A stretch of 64,000 bases of DNA from Balanoglossus misakiensis (lineage: Eukaryota > Animalia > Hemichordata), in contig CM082578.2 of NCBI GenBank assembly GCA_040954595.2, forward strand, positions 9,719,519-9,783,518, read 5' to 3'. The notes under the pieces are model-generated. The model was not told the DNA's origin and did no database searches. It worked only from the letters and a program-made list of their open reading frames with translations. Each line of letters opens with the position of its first letter. Position 1 is the stretch's first letter. This document shows, piece after piece, positions 21,677 through 35,000 of the stretch. The position numbers and the translations under genes are program-made.

Positions 21677-24225
21677 GGTACGTTTACCACAACTGTTCGC
21701 CAGAAGCCTTATTTTTTCGTAAGGGCGGTGCTCCTTATCCTCTAAGAAGGACCTGAAACGCTATGATGACCAGAAAACTTTACACTATCATCCAGATTAT
21801 CTTGTTAGCTAACATACATTTCATCATAATTTTCTTGTTAATTTAATTGTGTTAAATTTTGTGCATGCACATGTGTGTGCATTAATGTGCATATCCAATG
21901 CATAAAAAATCAACCGTATGTATAATACTGCTAGCCATTTCTTTTGCGTAGTGGCAAGCCCTGATTGTACTATTAAAAGTATTAGGAATCAATCTTATGG
22001 AAAGAAAATAGATGACAATAAGGGAGAGATGATAATACAAGATACCCTATCAGAGTCAGGTTTTAAAATTACCTTGCTTTTATTACCAGAAACCCAAGAT
22101 GAATGAAGAAATAGAAATAATTGTCATGTCAAATTCTATTCAATGAAACCAAAGTTCAAAACAAGGTCGTCATTTATTTTGTAATTAGTGATAAGTGGAA
22201 AACATCATTACTCAACAAAACTAATCTATGTATCAGCAATCTATTAACAGCTGTGCTTTTCTTTCGCATAGGCTGGGTTTTTTTTCTCATTTGGTTTTTT
22301 TTTTGCTTGAATTCTGTTCATTGCATCTGTAGATATCACTCATTCTGTTTTTCACGCTGACTAAATCTCTATGTGATGGTAAAAATGTAATAAATTTCTG
22401 TAAAATTGTATGATTACTCACAAAACACTGGTCCTTCATCAAGCTTTGTGTCACTTCACAATGTTATTTATTACAATTTTTTTACAAATGCATTCTTTCT
22501 GTCATCCTACGTTATTTACCAAAAAATCATAAATCATACTCTTGTAATGTCAAATTTTACTTGTGATTTTAATTCAATTTATGTAACACTGATAGGTATA
22601 TGCTCCATTTCACAGCATTTTTTTAAATGTTAAAAATAATATAAGTTGTAATATTGATGATATACTCTTGCAATGGACAGCTGAATAAATGGGTGTGGCA
22701 CCCGTTTATTATTACATTGTTCACTTTTGAAGAGCTGGCTATGCTTTGCCTTCCGGACACTGGCAGTATTCTTATTTCTTTGGTTAACTTTAATATATTT
22801 CAACACTTTACAGCTCCTGATTGTGATTTCAATTTTAATCTCTCGAAATTTGCTTTCTCCATTATCTGATCAGGGTTTAATACCCATTTGAGCGCAGAAG
22901 GCAGAGTGATCCCGTATCATTGAAACAGGGTGACGTACGTCATGGGAAATGATACTCTGGTCATCGTAAAAAAGAAATAAACGACAACTTATCAATCATA
23001 TTAGTTTTCCTTTATCATGAAAAATACTTTCCTTTTATCACGAAACTCTATTTCCGCGGGAGATTAGAGGGGTTTGGATGGGAGAGAATAGTGAGAAGAG
23101 AATATGGGATGGCTTGATCAGAAATCTTGTCATCCATAATAAAGTGATCTAGCTAGCTGAAAATGTGGTTAATGGTGCATGAATTCAACTGAGTCACATC
23201 ACCAAGATAAGACTCTAGTGAGATCACTCATCACCCATAACTTATTGTTATTGTCAGTCGGGTAGAAGGGCTATATGCAAGTACAGTTGATTTCACTCAA
23301 GCGTGGATCTGAAGTTGAGATCACTTTTAAAGAACTGCGTGACTTAAGTGACTTGGTCATCATCTGTAAGTCTCGTTGTCTGTGAAAAGAGGACAAGGCG
23401 TTTCAGTGGATTTCACTTGTTTTGTGTGGGGGTCTCAGTTATCCTGTATTTTCTATGAAATCATTTAGGGTATGTTGCATCACAATACATTTTATATTAT
23501 CCCCTTTGGCAATATGAAAATTTTTTTCAGGCATTTTTTTTCCAACTGTTCCAAACTAATATGTTAACTTTTTAAACATAGAGACTTTGGTGCTTTGAAC
23601 ATACCCTTTACAAAGTTTACAAATCTGATTCGTTTGTCCTTGAGTTTATTCTTTTTTCTTTTACATTTCAAAACTTGATTTTAAAAGTTTATTGTAACAC
23701 ACTATATCTTATAGAGCCAGTATATACTCGGATTGTGACTGCCAGGCCAGCACATATTTCCATTCCACTTTGCGTTGTCAGGGACTACTTGATCGTAAAG
23801 TTGCCAAATTTCCTGTGATAAATACAGCACTCCAGTAAAAAAAACTTGTCATTCCAATAAAAGGTTATTTTTGTGTAGGTTCATGTAAAATCAATCTGTT
23901 GAATCAAACATTTTGCACAAATTGTTTGCTTGGTTTTACAGCAACTGTAATTACGTATTTTGTAGTGTGGCTTTTTTGAGAAGGGGCACAGAATTCATCT
24001 TTTTACTGGCAAAGAAGATTTCATTTTCTTGTGGGGGGGGGGAGGTTCATTATACTCAGCATCACCTCAGATTTCAAAACACTGAACATTATGACATGGG
24101 GTGTAAATTAACATTATCTTCTGATTAATATTATTCAATAAATATTAATTAAATTAAATTAATACTTAAATTAATATTATCTTCTGTAGCAATAAAACCA
24201 GCCAATCAGCTTGAGTGAATGTTAA

Positions 24226-24531
24226 AGGGACAAAATCACCCATTTTTGACTGGTTTTTTTTTGACTTCTTTATGATAGCTTATTAATGTCATCCATCTGA
24301 CTGAAATATTATGTGTTCAATGACTGGTTGTTACAATTCAAATCATACCCTGTATGTGGATAAAACATGAGTACTTTGATCGTTTAATTTTTGGTCTGTA
24401 CCAAATATTTTTTCTACCGTACGGGTATGAGTTGAGTTGTGACAAACAACCAGTTATTGAGCAGATTTCAGTTAACATTAAAGAGCAACATAAATAAGGT
24501 GAAAACGTCAAAAGTGAACAACTTTGTCCCT
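24226..24531. mobile_element. Kolobok-like non-autonomous MITE, 306 bp, TTAA target site duplication
   Basis: TTAA (24222-24225) | AGGGACAAAATCACCCATTTTTGAC ... GTCAAAAGTGAACAACTTTGTCCCT | TTAA (24532-24535). Imperfect 25-bp TIRs with the outer 9 bp perfect. AG..CT termini with a TTAA TSD fit Kolobok rather than piggyBac, whose termini begin CC. Confidence 0.7.
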
Positions 24532-27411
24532 TTAATAACATTCACTCCACCTCGACAATCCTTCAAAACAAACAACGGCAGCAGAATGTCCCCATTTATA
24601 TTCCATATGGTGGTTTCGGTTTTGTGCAATCATCATAAAATTGATCATTGCATAATGATTACCGGAGTATTCAGGAACTTTATATGGCAACCTTTGTGCT
24701 GGAATGGAGTTTTCAGTGTGATAGAAATTCTATGCAACACACATAAATTTATACAGTCCTGTCACACGCAAGCAATGTCGATTCCCACAATCCTATCACA
24801 TGCTTGATGTGGCTGGCGAACATTTTCAATCACACCCTCCCACTGCAGTACGTGGCTGGCAGAGCGGGAATCTTGTTGCATGGATTCTTCCGACCGCAAG
24901 ATGTGTCATTTCAGGAATCTTAAACTGTTGGGTAGCCATATGAAAAAAATTATATCTATAAGAGGTAGTGCTGTCACACAGCTCAACTGAAAGAAGTGTG
25001 TGTAGATGAATTTTCTGAAGTGCCTGTTTCCAAGTTTTTAGTAGCAGTAATCTTATTGCAATTAATTCACAGGAGGTTGTCGATGACATGAACATGTCAG
25101 TTCATTTATTCATTTTTTATTAAACGTGCACAAGGTGTTGATCGTTGCAATATTTGGCCACAACACCTGACAACAGAGGTGACAGATCTGTTCTGTTGTT
25201 GCTAACGGTAACAGGAAGCGACTAATGCTGTCATCAGCAGATTAGGTAATAATTAAAATTACCGCATCTGACAGACAGGCCTGGGAATTGAGGTCAGACT
25301 AGCTGATTTTAAAATAGTCAATTAGGCAACCAGGGATGCAGTTAGTTTGAGCACCTGGAAAAAATTCCAAAAAACATTATTTCAAGTGAAATTCCTGAAA
25401 GTATCCAGGAAAATTGTGAACCTTGGAAAAACTACTATATAGATGGGAGGCCATTAGATACTAATAATTGACATCCCTGGTATTTAATAGACAGTTAAAC
25501 TTTGTTGTTGTTGCTATTATTATTATCCTCCTCCTCCTCATTATAATTATTCCAAATAATCAATCATTGAGTCTTAACCAGTATGCAGCCATCAAACATC
25601 CTGATTTTTCTAATTAAAAAGAAGACAGTTCAGAAAGAATGACATAAAGAAATCAGAAGGGTTTTGTCACACAAGTGAAATGTGTCAGCTAGCTGTCATC
25701 TATGAAAAAAGGAGAAAGTGTCCAGATTGTAATGAAGGTGTTACTTTGGTGACTTGATCAATTTTCTACTGCTTGATTTCTTGTATCTCAATCTCAATCC
25801 TGCATACATTACACGTGTGGCATTTTGCTCTCAGATTTCAATACAAAGTCAGGGCCTGCATCTACTTGAGCGACATAATCCTGGGAGCCTAACTAAGTGT
25901 CTATCAACACAAACCGGCCTAGTTCTCTGCAAAGAGAGGGGGCAGCTGGTTGCAAAGCCGAGAGCCTTCATTGATAGCGCGCGAGGTGACGATTAATGCG
26001 ACTTGATTGTCCCCAGTTCTGGTCAGCTTTAATCATCAGACGCAGAAGAACAGTCATACATTTTAATTTGTCCAGATTTTCCGACGGTAATTCTTTTTAC
26101 ACTGAGCAATAAATCTCCGCAGTAAAATGAATGTTGTGTGGAGGAGAATGCGTCGGGAGGGGGAAAAAAAGGCAGCGAAAAAAAAAATTTGGTTCTTTTA
26201 TTGATTGCGCTTGGGAATATGGACACAGAATACGGTGATCAGCGCTATAAAAGTGCGTTGCTGCTCTGAATGCTGTAGCTGCAGAGCTTAATGATTGATC
26301 AGTTAATTTTCTCCGCCATCTTTGAGAGCGGATAGCAGTGAAACGCTGCCACATAAAAAACGTGGTGCAGTTTTAATTCTTAGCCGGGGCTTACAGTTCA
26401 CGCGCTCAGGAAAATGCCCTTGGGCGAACGGAGAGCTTTTTAAAGGGCTAACCCAACTGTCTTACTGCGTAAATGCTTTTGAGTGTCACTCTGTCAGCCG
26501 GGGTGTGAAACAAGCGATATTAATGTTGCATTTATGCCCAAGTTAGCACAAGACAATGATGAGTGTGCATACATAAGTGCCGCCGGCTACACCGTGCTCT
26601 TATGAAGTATATATGATTTGCTTCCAGCAAGCTGCTGTATTATTCGACCTTTTATTGCCTAATTTCATTTGAGACGTGCGCCCACCGTATTACAGGAGGC
26701 CAAATTCCACAGCTCCAAATCTCAACCCGTTCACAAACCACTGTTCAGCTTCTGGAGACTTTCAGACAAACATTTTTTATTGTGTTTTTTTACCGTTTCC
26801 TCGACGTACCCAATACCAAATCATTCGGAGTCATTAAATCTTCAATCAGCACAATTCTTCTCTATTTGATTCCAGCCCCTCCATCTGTTCTCCATCTCTA
26901 ACCAGAATCAGTGTGATTCTGTTTTCCACAGGAACCAACCAATGAAATCCAGTGAGCACTGTGGCAGTAAATATTTAGCCTCTGCATGACAATACGGTAA
27001 ATAATCGTCACATAAACACCCGTGCACGGGTAATAATAGACTCTAATGAAATCAAATGACGCAGACCTCTGTTTGAAAATGTCAGTGTAAATGCTCTCGT
27101 AAGTTTCTGTGACCAGCCATTCTCACCCAATATAAACTGCTAGGTCATGCCAGCGGGATCATCCATTCATTTATTTAAATTCCTGATGCGGGTGATAAAC
27201 CTCGCCACGCTTGCGTCACTTGGCATAATATGGAAAAAGCTTTTAAGTCCCGGTGTTAGTCTGGATGGTGAAATTTTATTGTCTTGAGTCTGGTTAGATT
27301 TGCCGGAGAGCCAATAGTGACACAGGGATCAACTCTCTCTCACCTGAATTCAATAGAACTTAATACCAGGATCTGAAGGTGTCAGACAGCAACACATATG
27401 GTGCATACAAA

Positions 27412-27496
27412 GCATGTGTGTATACATGTATATATGTGTGTATATTCATCTGTATATGTATATACCGGTATACATGTATACCGGTTATATATATAT
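27412..27496. repeat. Degenerate (TA/TG)n low-complexity microsatellite
   Basis: gcatgtgtgtatacatgtatatatgtgtgtatattcatctgtatatgtatataccggtatacatgtataccggttatatatatat. Confidence 0.75.
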
Positions 27497-30400
27497 TTTT
27501 TTCAACAAGCGATATAGGCATCAAAATGCAAACATTATTAAACACAATTTTCTTTAGCTTATTTATTTTCCTCTATAATCAAACTTGTCAGAAAAATCTG
27601 GGATGCAATGATGGTGTAAATTTTAATTTTAAAAATATGACACGTTATTTTCCTGCATAATTGTATACTCAGATGCTAACATTTGGAGCCCAGCTAACAC
27701 TCTGCTGATGGGTACATTGCGTTACGTCAAGTTCCACAAGATTTATTTTTTTCTCAGTCACACTGTCCCTATCACGGATGTGACTTATATAGAACAGTTA
27801 CACGGCAAAACGCCGTCTGACTGTCTTCAGGGATAAGCCAGCAACTAATCATCGGTGTGTGTGTGCGCATCTCTTCCGTTTATTGATAGCCGAATCAATC
27901 AGAAGGTTTCAGGTTTGTTTAAAACCAAGGCAATTGGGAGAGGCAATTAGTTGCAGATTGCGTCGGACAGTTGTACCGTCACTATCTATCACGGGCACCC
28001 CCTCTTAAAACTCTGAGTAAAAGATTTATGAAGTCAACTTCGCATAAATACGTACGCTCACAGAATGGCAACTGTGAACTTATCCTTGTGCGATTTCGAA
28101 GTCCAACCCTGTGATTCCTCCCCAACATTTGTGCCATTATGGTTCTGTCAGCATTCAGGATATTCAATTTATACAGGGAAAATTATACTGTGAGGGGTTA
28201 AACTCTGTATAAAGCAGTCTGACCTTCACTTTGTAATATGTATTTATAAGCACCTAATCAAGTGCCTTTGATCTGTCAAGTTAAGCCGCAGTGTATACGC
28301 CCAGGATTTATTTTGTAGTCTCTCAATCTTGGAGTGGGGGAAGGGAGACTAGGTTATTGCAGTATTCCCAGCCATTGCTATGAAATGTACACCCAAAACA
28401 TAAACTGTGTTGCGAATTTGATGTTGGAAACTAGGTTGAAGAAAACCAACTGCAAATTGCAACACAAATTATGTTTTGGGTGTAAAAAGTATTTTGTGTT
28501 TGTGTAGCAGTTTCATCATTTCAGAGACTTATCAAAACACTCCTAATAAATCTGATCAGAACTGGATGTTGAGCTGTCAAATTAGGGTGTAGCTTGAATA
28601 ATCTATCCATTGTCCATTAATCAGTTCACTCATTCTGATTGGCCGTTTCATATTGTTAGAACAGCCAAACTAATGAAGGTGTGATGAGTTAATTATTCAC
28701 GGTAATAAATTGGTTCACTTATTATTACTGGCCAAGATAAGCCACTGTTACCTGATATTATAATAGAAGGGCTAATTTTCTTTGGCAAAATCTGATCAAT
28801 TCGTTTTGATATGCTGTCCAATTGGGCTAGGTGTCTTATTTAAAAAAATATTTGTGATTTGCTGTTGTTATGGGGTTCTCATATTGAAATGAGTGGGGAG
28901 TTTTGACACCTTAAACAATCAATTTCAACTACTAACCAAGCCGGATTAGCTGTTGTCATGGAAACTGGAAAAAATGACCATGTAAGCATGTCTGGCCATT
29001 ACTGTGTTTAAATGAAAAGGGCTTAGTGTCTGTTTACCTGCCTATATAACTCATAATTGGCATGTTTTGATCCAGCGCTGTATCAAGTTTACCCCCTTGA
29101 ATTGAATATTAAACAACCATTGATCTCAGGGATCGTGCAGAGCTGTATCTAAAGCACATCCAGGTGGAATGGTTGAGAAATTTGACTACGTTCCTGTTTA
29201 TTATTAGCAACAGTCACTATTTTGGATCTACTGTATGAGGAGTGCCAAAATAATAATTTTAAAAATTATGAATTTTTGAAGTACTTGACCTTCAACCTAT
29301 TATTTCACTGTGAAGAAGGCATTGCCAGGGCTCGCTCAGAGTGGATGGTTGCTTGATGCTTAAAGCCTTCTTCTAATGCAATATTTCATGCAGATCCCTG
29401 ACATATATTTCACGGGATATCATAATTGCAATAATCCAGCCAAGTCCCCGTCCGTGTAGGTGCACAGCTTTAAGTGGATCCATTTCTCATGTTAATATCA
29501 ATTTGTTGGCCCGCGTGTAATCGCAGAAATGTTGGGTGTGTGGGCAATTAATCACCAGGGCACGCCGACCGTAAATTTCTATTGTCTCGGAATTGAAGTC
29601 TGGGCATGCAATCTGCTCTCTGCAGAGGGGAGGATAGGGAGAGCCGAATGGAAATGTTCACACCTTGCACGCTGATTTGGCTCAGCATGCATGGAGGTCG
29701 ATTATTGTAGAGAGAAAGCATTTGGGTCCGACGGTGGTGGTGCAGGTTTGTCTGTAGTGCAGTTGCATTTGTCCGGCAACGGTTGTTGACTCTGTGTCAG
29801 GGGTTCGTCCTTGAGTCGAGTGGAAGCAAAATCTAATGTTTGTCACCTATTTCAGTGACAAAAACAAAGCACGTCAGGAAAAAAAATGTGTGTGTGCACA
29901 CACGTAGTATCAGCAGAACGACACAAACTGTCCAATCGGCGATATAAATACCAATTGACCCTCGGCAGAGGTCACAGACAGCTATCGGTTTAATTGGCTG
30001 ACGGTCGCTTGTTGACGTTGCCCGGCTTTTGAACGCCTGGAAAGGAGATGGACAGCCCCGTTGCATCAAACGTCTCCCAGTTGCTTCCTGGGCACAGAAG
30101 ACAGAGGCATAAAATTGTCAGTCAGCAAAAAGGGGGCAATTTAAATCTCTGAGAAGCTGAACAAGCCGACAGATTTCTGAAGGTGTCAGTCAGTGTAAGA
30201 TTGGCCCAAATTTGCTCAAGGGGAAGCATATGACATTGGGATTACCAAGCAGGGTGCTGGGATCAAAGACTGTTGCCAGGCAACCTAGGTGTGACCTGAT
30301 GTGGAGAGGGCATCATCCCAGCAATGATCTCAGCACCCTTCCCATGATGCATTGCATTTGCAGCCCAAAGATTGCAGAGAAGTATATCGGTGTATGCTAT

Positions 30401-31930
30401 TTTGCTTCAATGCTCAGAATTCTTACTCCCATATCATATATTTCAAATGTCACATGTGATGTTTCTGTCTTATGAAGCAAAAATAATCCTCACGAGTCAC
30501 AACATGTCATCATAGTCATGGCTGTATAATATAGGCCTACAAAGTATATGAACAAAACGCACTCACCAGAACAGCTTGGAAATGACCCGACTGGCCAGTT
30601 CCAGAGGAGTGCCAAATTGAATCCCTTCCATATGTGACTAATGGAATCCAGTGTTTCCACTCATTACTAATGAGAATGTTGATCATTTGGCGTTAACTCG
30701 GCAGGGGTGTTGAAAGGTCATGTCCGGCTGCTTTCAGGTCACAGGGATGAAGTTGTCCGGTGAGCGCCCTCTATCCAGCGTCTCAGTAGGGGCTCTGTTA
30801 GTTCCTTGTTGGCTTGTCACATTTCATTAGTAATTAGTACGTAGCTCAGATGCCAGACTGGATCAATTACAGTTCTTTTTTTACCATGATGAAAGGAAGG
30901 GGCCATCTCCGAATAGTGCCATACTTGGTATGATGCACCTATACTTGAAATACAGCCTAACTTCTTCCCATAGCATATATCTTCCCATATACCATATATG
31001 AAGGTCAAAGTTTTTTGAGTTTTAATCGTGTCCAGCTGACAGGTAACAAAGACCCCCCCCCCCTCCCCCAAATCAAAGCAAATTCAGTTTTCATCATAAG
31101 AGGGATGTGACAAAGTCTAGCGCTAATCTATACGACCTGAACATTCCCCAGTGTATTAATTTGGCCTTTTTGTTTTATTCTTGAACTAAGATAATGATAA
31201 TCAATGTTTCTTGCAATAAAGACAGTAGGCCTATATATGATGCATCGCCACAATTGGGACATCGAACAAACGAGAAATGGACATTCCTAAAATGCGCATT
31301 CTTTATGAGGTGTCACATTTCACTGCTGATAGCACGGCCACGCATGCCAAATTTTGCCGATTCCCTTCCCAACCTTGGGAAATTGACCCCCCCCCCTCAA
31401 AAAAAAAAAAAATGAAAGCAGCAAAACAAAACGATCACCCCCAGAAACCAAACTCCCCCTCGCAGTCCTCCCATATGGAAGAATTTTAATATCCGTGAGT
31501 ATATGCAAGGCTCCTAACGTGTGATGTTTACCAAATGTAAAGTTGACCATCACGGATTGTTAGATCTGAGCTGGTAGTTTGAGTTGACAGGACCAGTGTG
31601 TGGGCACGGTTCGGCTTCCCGGTATCATGGACACAGCACGTACGGACGGCATTAAGACCGGACTTATTGTGGAGCATTAAAGGAAACACATGTTTTCTCT
31701 ATTACCAGATCGGGGCATCAAAATACTTGCGAGGGTGGTCATAATGCAAGTTTATTTCTGGTGCTAGGGTTTTGCAGTGTGACATTTCCCCGCAAGTGAG
31801 AGACGGATAAACTTTATGGAACATATCCCCAGGCCCCAACGCAAAGCATTACTCACGCCAGTCAACCACTCTAACATCGGCCACTTTTAAAATAGCAACC
31901 AATTTGCAACCACTCCGCTTTCCAACTCCG

Positions 31931-32012
31931 TCTCTCTCTCTCTCTCTCTCTCACACAGACACACTCCCTCTCCCCCCCTCTCTCTCTCTCTCTCTCTCTC
32001 CCTACCCCTCTT
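31931..32012. repeat. (TC)n / polypyrimidine microsatellite block
   Basis: Two (TC)n runs at ~31931-31952 and ~31979-32000 joined by a CA/C-rich linker. Confidence 0.85.
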
Positions 32013-35000
32013 TCTCAGAGTCCCCCTTTTATTTTAACCTTTCTTTCGCAACTTTCCCTTTTCACAACTCAACTGAAAGACAGCTTTGTATTTATTCAAA
32101 TAAAGTCAACACCTCGATTCAATGGGCGCTGAGCAGAGAGAATGGTGCGTATAATGGTGTTTGTGAAAATTGTAAGACTGGCCAGCCCTCAGAATGGATC
32201 TTCCAAAACACACCGATGGTTTGTTTACAACACCTGCTGGGTTCGTTCCTTGTGGAGAGAGAAAAAAAAAGGATCTCTGAAGACCTCAATCTTGCTTGTT
32301 TCTCTACACCGTGTGTTGCGGTGACCAGAATAGGTCCAGACCAAGCAGCATACACGTTACATACAAATGGCGAGGCGCTTTCCTATACCGACTCCAAGTA
32401 TAATCGGTATTTTTTACCACTATCGTGTTTCAGGCGTGAACCCAGTGTTTAAAAGACAAAGAGTGGTTAAATGAGTCAGTTGGGAGCTCTGCATGCCCCC
32501 ACGAGCCTTCTGAGTCACCCACAGTCCAATCAGCATTGGTGCTCACTGCTATAACTGGCTACTCTTTCCTTGTACACATCTGATCATGTCCGAGGACATG
32601 GCCCTTTTTAAAAGATGAGTGGAAACCATCGCGCCATGACTTGTCCGATATCACCAGGGAACGAATCTCCCCCCCCCCACCCCCTCCGCCTTCTCCAAAT
32701 TTCATCCGCTTTTTTCTCTCAAGAGTTTGGCAACTTTTCACGGCGGCAACAATGGGTTTCCATCGCGCCAACAATGCCCGGCACTTGAAGTGGAATGGCT
32801 AATCTGGGGATGCCGTCATTAAAGAGGTTAATAGGGAGAATTCCAATGAAGGGGGGGTTTCAGTTTAGCACCACCGCATGCATGCATGCAAACCAATGAA
32901 AGCCCCGCTGCCCGCGATTTCCTTAATTGGGCGCCGGAATCTGTCTCCGTTTTCTCCAACTTCCACACTCCGGATTCCGGCACGATTGCCGACACAATGC
33001 CGCCTCGACCGTCTATTGACAAAGGTGTAAAAATTATAGAAGAATCTTTGTCTGTGTGGCACTCACAACAACAAAATGATTTCTATAGGCATTTTCTTTG
33101 CCCTGTTTTTTTTCGAGTTCTCCACGCCATTCAAAAGAGGTGCTTTTTTATTAGCAGGGCACTCCAGGCACGATGAAATTTGCAGCGCAAAAAGCCAATT
33201 AAAATGGGAGTGCACCAATTATCAACGAGGTATACTCATTTTGGGATAATTAATTCATAAAATATGTCAAAACGCGATTTGTGAATGCTCAGAGGAGATG
33301 GCGCAATGATTGACAGGTGATGTGTTTGAAAAGGAACAAAAAGTTGATGGAGTGAAGTAGGCAGCATTGTCAGAGTGTGACCATTGAAGCTTTTGGTAAC
33401 CCCCCACTTCTGGTTCCACTCCCTAAGACTTTGACAATTAGCTCTCATTATGATATTTCTCGCCAGCTGTTCAGCTGGAGATTTTTTTTCTTTCTTTAAT
33501 CCACAATCTGTTTGTCATGTGTTAGTTTCTTCGCACCATCCACAAAGGTAACATTGTGGGATTCGGTCGGGTTCTTTTTTTTTCCTTCAAGCAACCTGCA
33601 CACACCTGAGGAGGGCTAGCTCCCAGCTACCGTGTGTGTCCAATGTGTGGGCAATTAACATACCAACACCAGCCCTCCATCGATCCATCATGCATTTCTG
33701 AATTTCTGCCAGGACTTTTTTTTTCTTTCACAGACACACATGTGTAATCCAGTTTTCAGCCAGGGCAACTGCTTGCATGTAATGTGTGTGTGTGTCCCAA
33801 CCGAACCCTGCCCTCATTAGCTGTCTGGGATCGACTCGGACAAAATATTTTCTTCACGCCTCACAAAAAAATCACCCCAGTACCCGGCACCACATATCTG
33901 GCAGTGATGATGATGTTGTTGTTGTCTCTTCGCGGGCGCATTTTTACGCCAAAAAGCGGCGCGGCCGGCGAAATCTGATGCAGATCAGTTTAATGCATCC
34001 ATTGGCAGCATAACGACCCAGTATATCTTTGACAGGTCCGTGACTTGAGCGCAAAAAAGTCGCTTTCCCACACCTACCCCCAGACAGACAGATCTCTTCC
34101 AGAAACTTGCTCTCTCACAAAACTAACACAACTAACATCATCATCTTCAGCGCCAACTCCGCGTACAGACGTCACTTCTCATTTGGACTCACTGACAGAC
34201 GCCATTATTTTATTTCCTCCTACAAATAAATGCTATTACAACTGAGACAACTGTCTTCTAATCTTTGCACCCGGGTTTGTCAATTTCTACTCGGTGGCAA
34301 TATTATCTATCGCGCTCTTGTCTGCTGTTCCGGCCCTGGGAAATGTCTCTGCGAGATTCGGTCGCCTTCAGGCAGTAACTACGCATCTCCAATAATTCGA
34401 ATTACCCGTCTTGAGTAAAGTTACATGTTTTGTGGAGTTGACTTTTCCATAAAAAAAGTAATTTCTGTACATCAAATCTCCTCGGGCGATATAAAAGAAA
34501 TTCGAGAGTTTCTTGAAATATGACAAACACACTTGCATTTTGCCAATTTTTTTCAGGTCCTGGAGTATGTGACAGAACAGTCTGTTCCTTTCCAAAAGAG
34601 TTTGTCAACCATAAAAACTGGAATTCAATGGTTGTTTAAATGGAGCAGAACTCTGCGTTGAAATGGCTGCGCAAAAGTGGAAAATGGGGAAGTTACCAAG
34701 AACAGTACAGTACAGGTGTTGGGGGTGAAACTTGGTGACTTTTTTGTCTGATTTGTAATCACTTCGCAAATGAGCTTAAATCTCGACAGAAGAATTGTTG
34801 TAAGAATGTTACCTATAAAAAAGTGAGACAAAAAGCCTCTGTAATCCCAGCCCAGTGGTACGAATAAAAAAGACGGCATATAATCCGCTTTCTGCTGAAA
34901 AAAAAAGACTGAAAAGTTTAGGCAGATCTTTCAGACAACTTTGGCCAATCCATTTTGCTGAACAAATAGTGAGATGTTTCAGTCCAAATACGGGGGGGGG

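Larger units (their letters stand above)
20280..21725. mobile_element. Non-autonomous DNA transposon, CMC/EnSpm (CACTA)-like, 1446 bp
   Basis: 10-bp terminal inverted repeats CCCTTACGAA (20280-20289) / TTCGTAAGGG (21716-21725), flanked on both sides by CG (2-bp TSD). Both ends carry dense TTGCGGCA/TGCCGCAA subterminal motifs; the AT-rich interior has no transposase ORF. CCC termini with a 2-bp TSD and subterminal repeats match animal EnSpm/CMC elements. Confidence 0.75.

Noticed and set aside
21353-21756. 130-aa and 110-aa ORFs with internal repeats
   Set aside because: They are translations of the GC-rich duplicated subterminal repeats of the transposon, with no transposase motifs.
31904-32452. 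182-aa ORF, the longest in the track
   Set aside because: It begins at a non-ATG codon, crosses a (TC)n microsatellite (SLSLSL), and has no recognisable domain or splice support.
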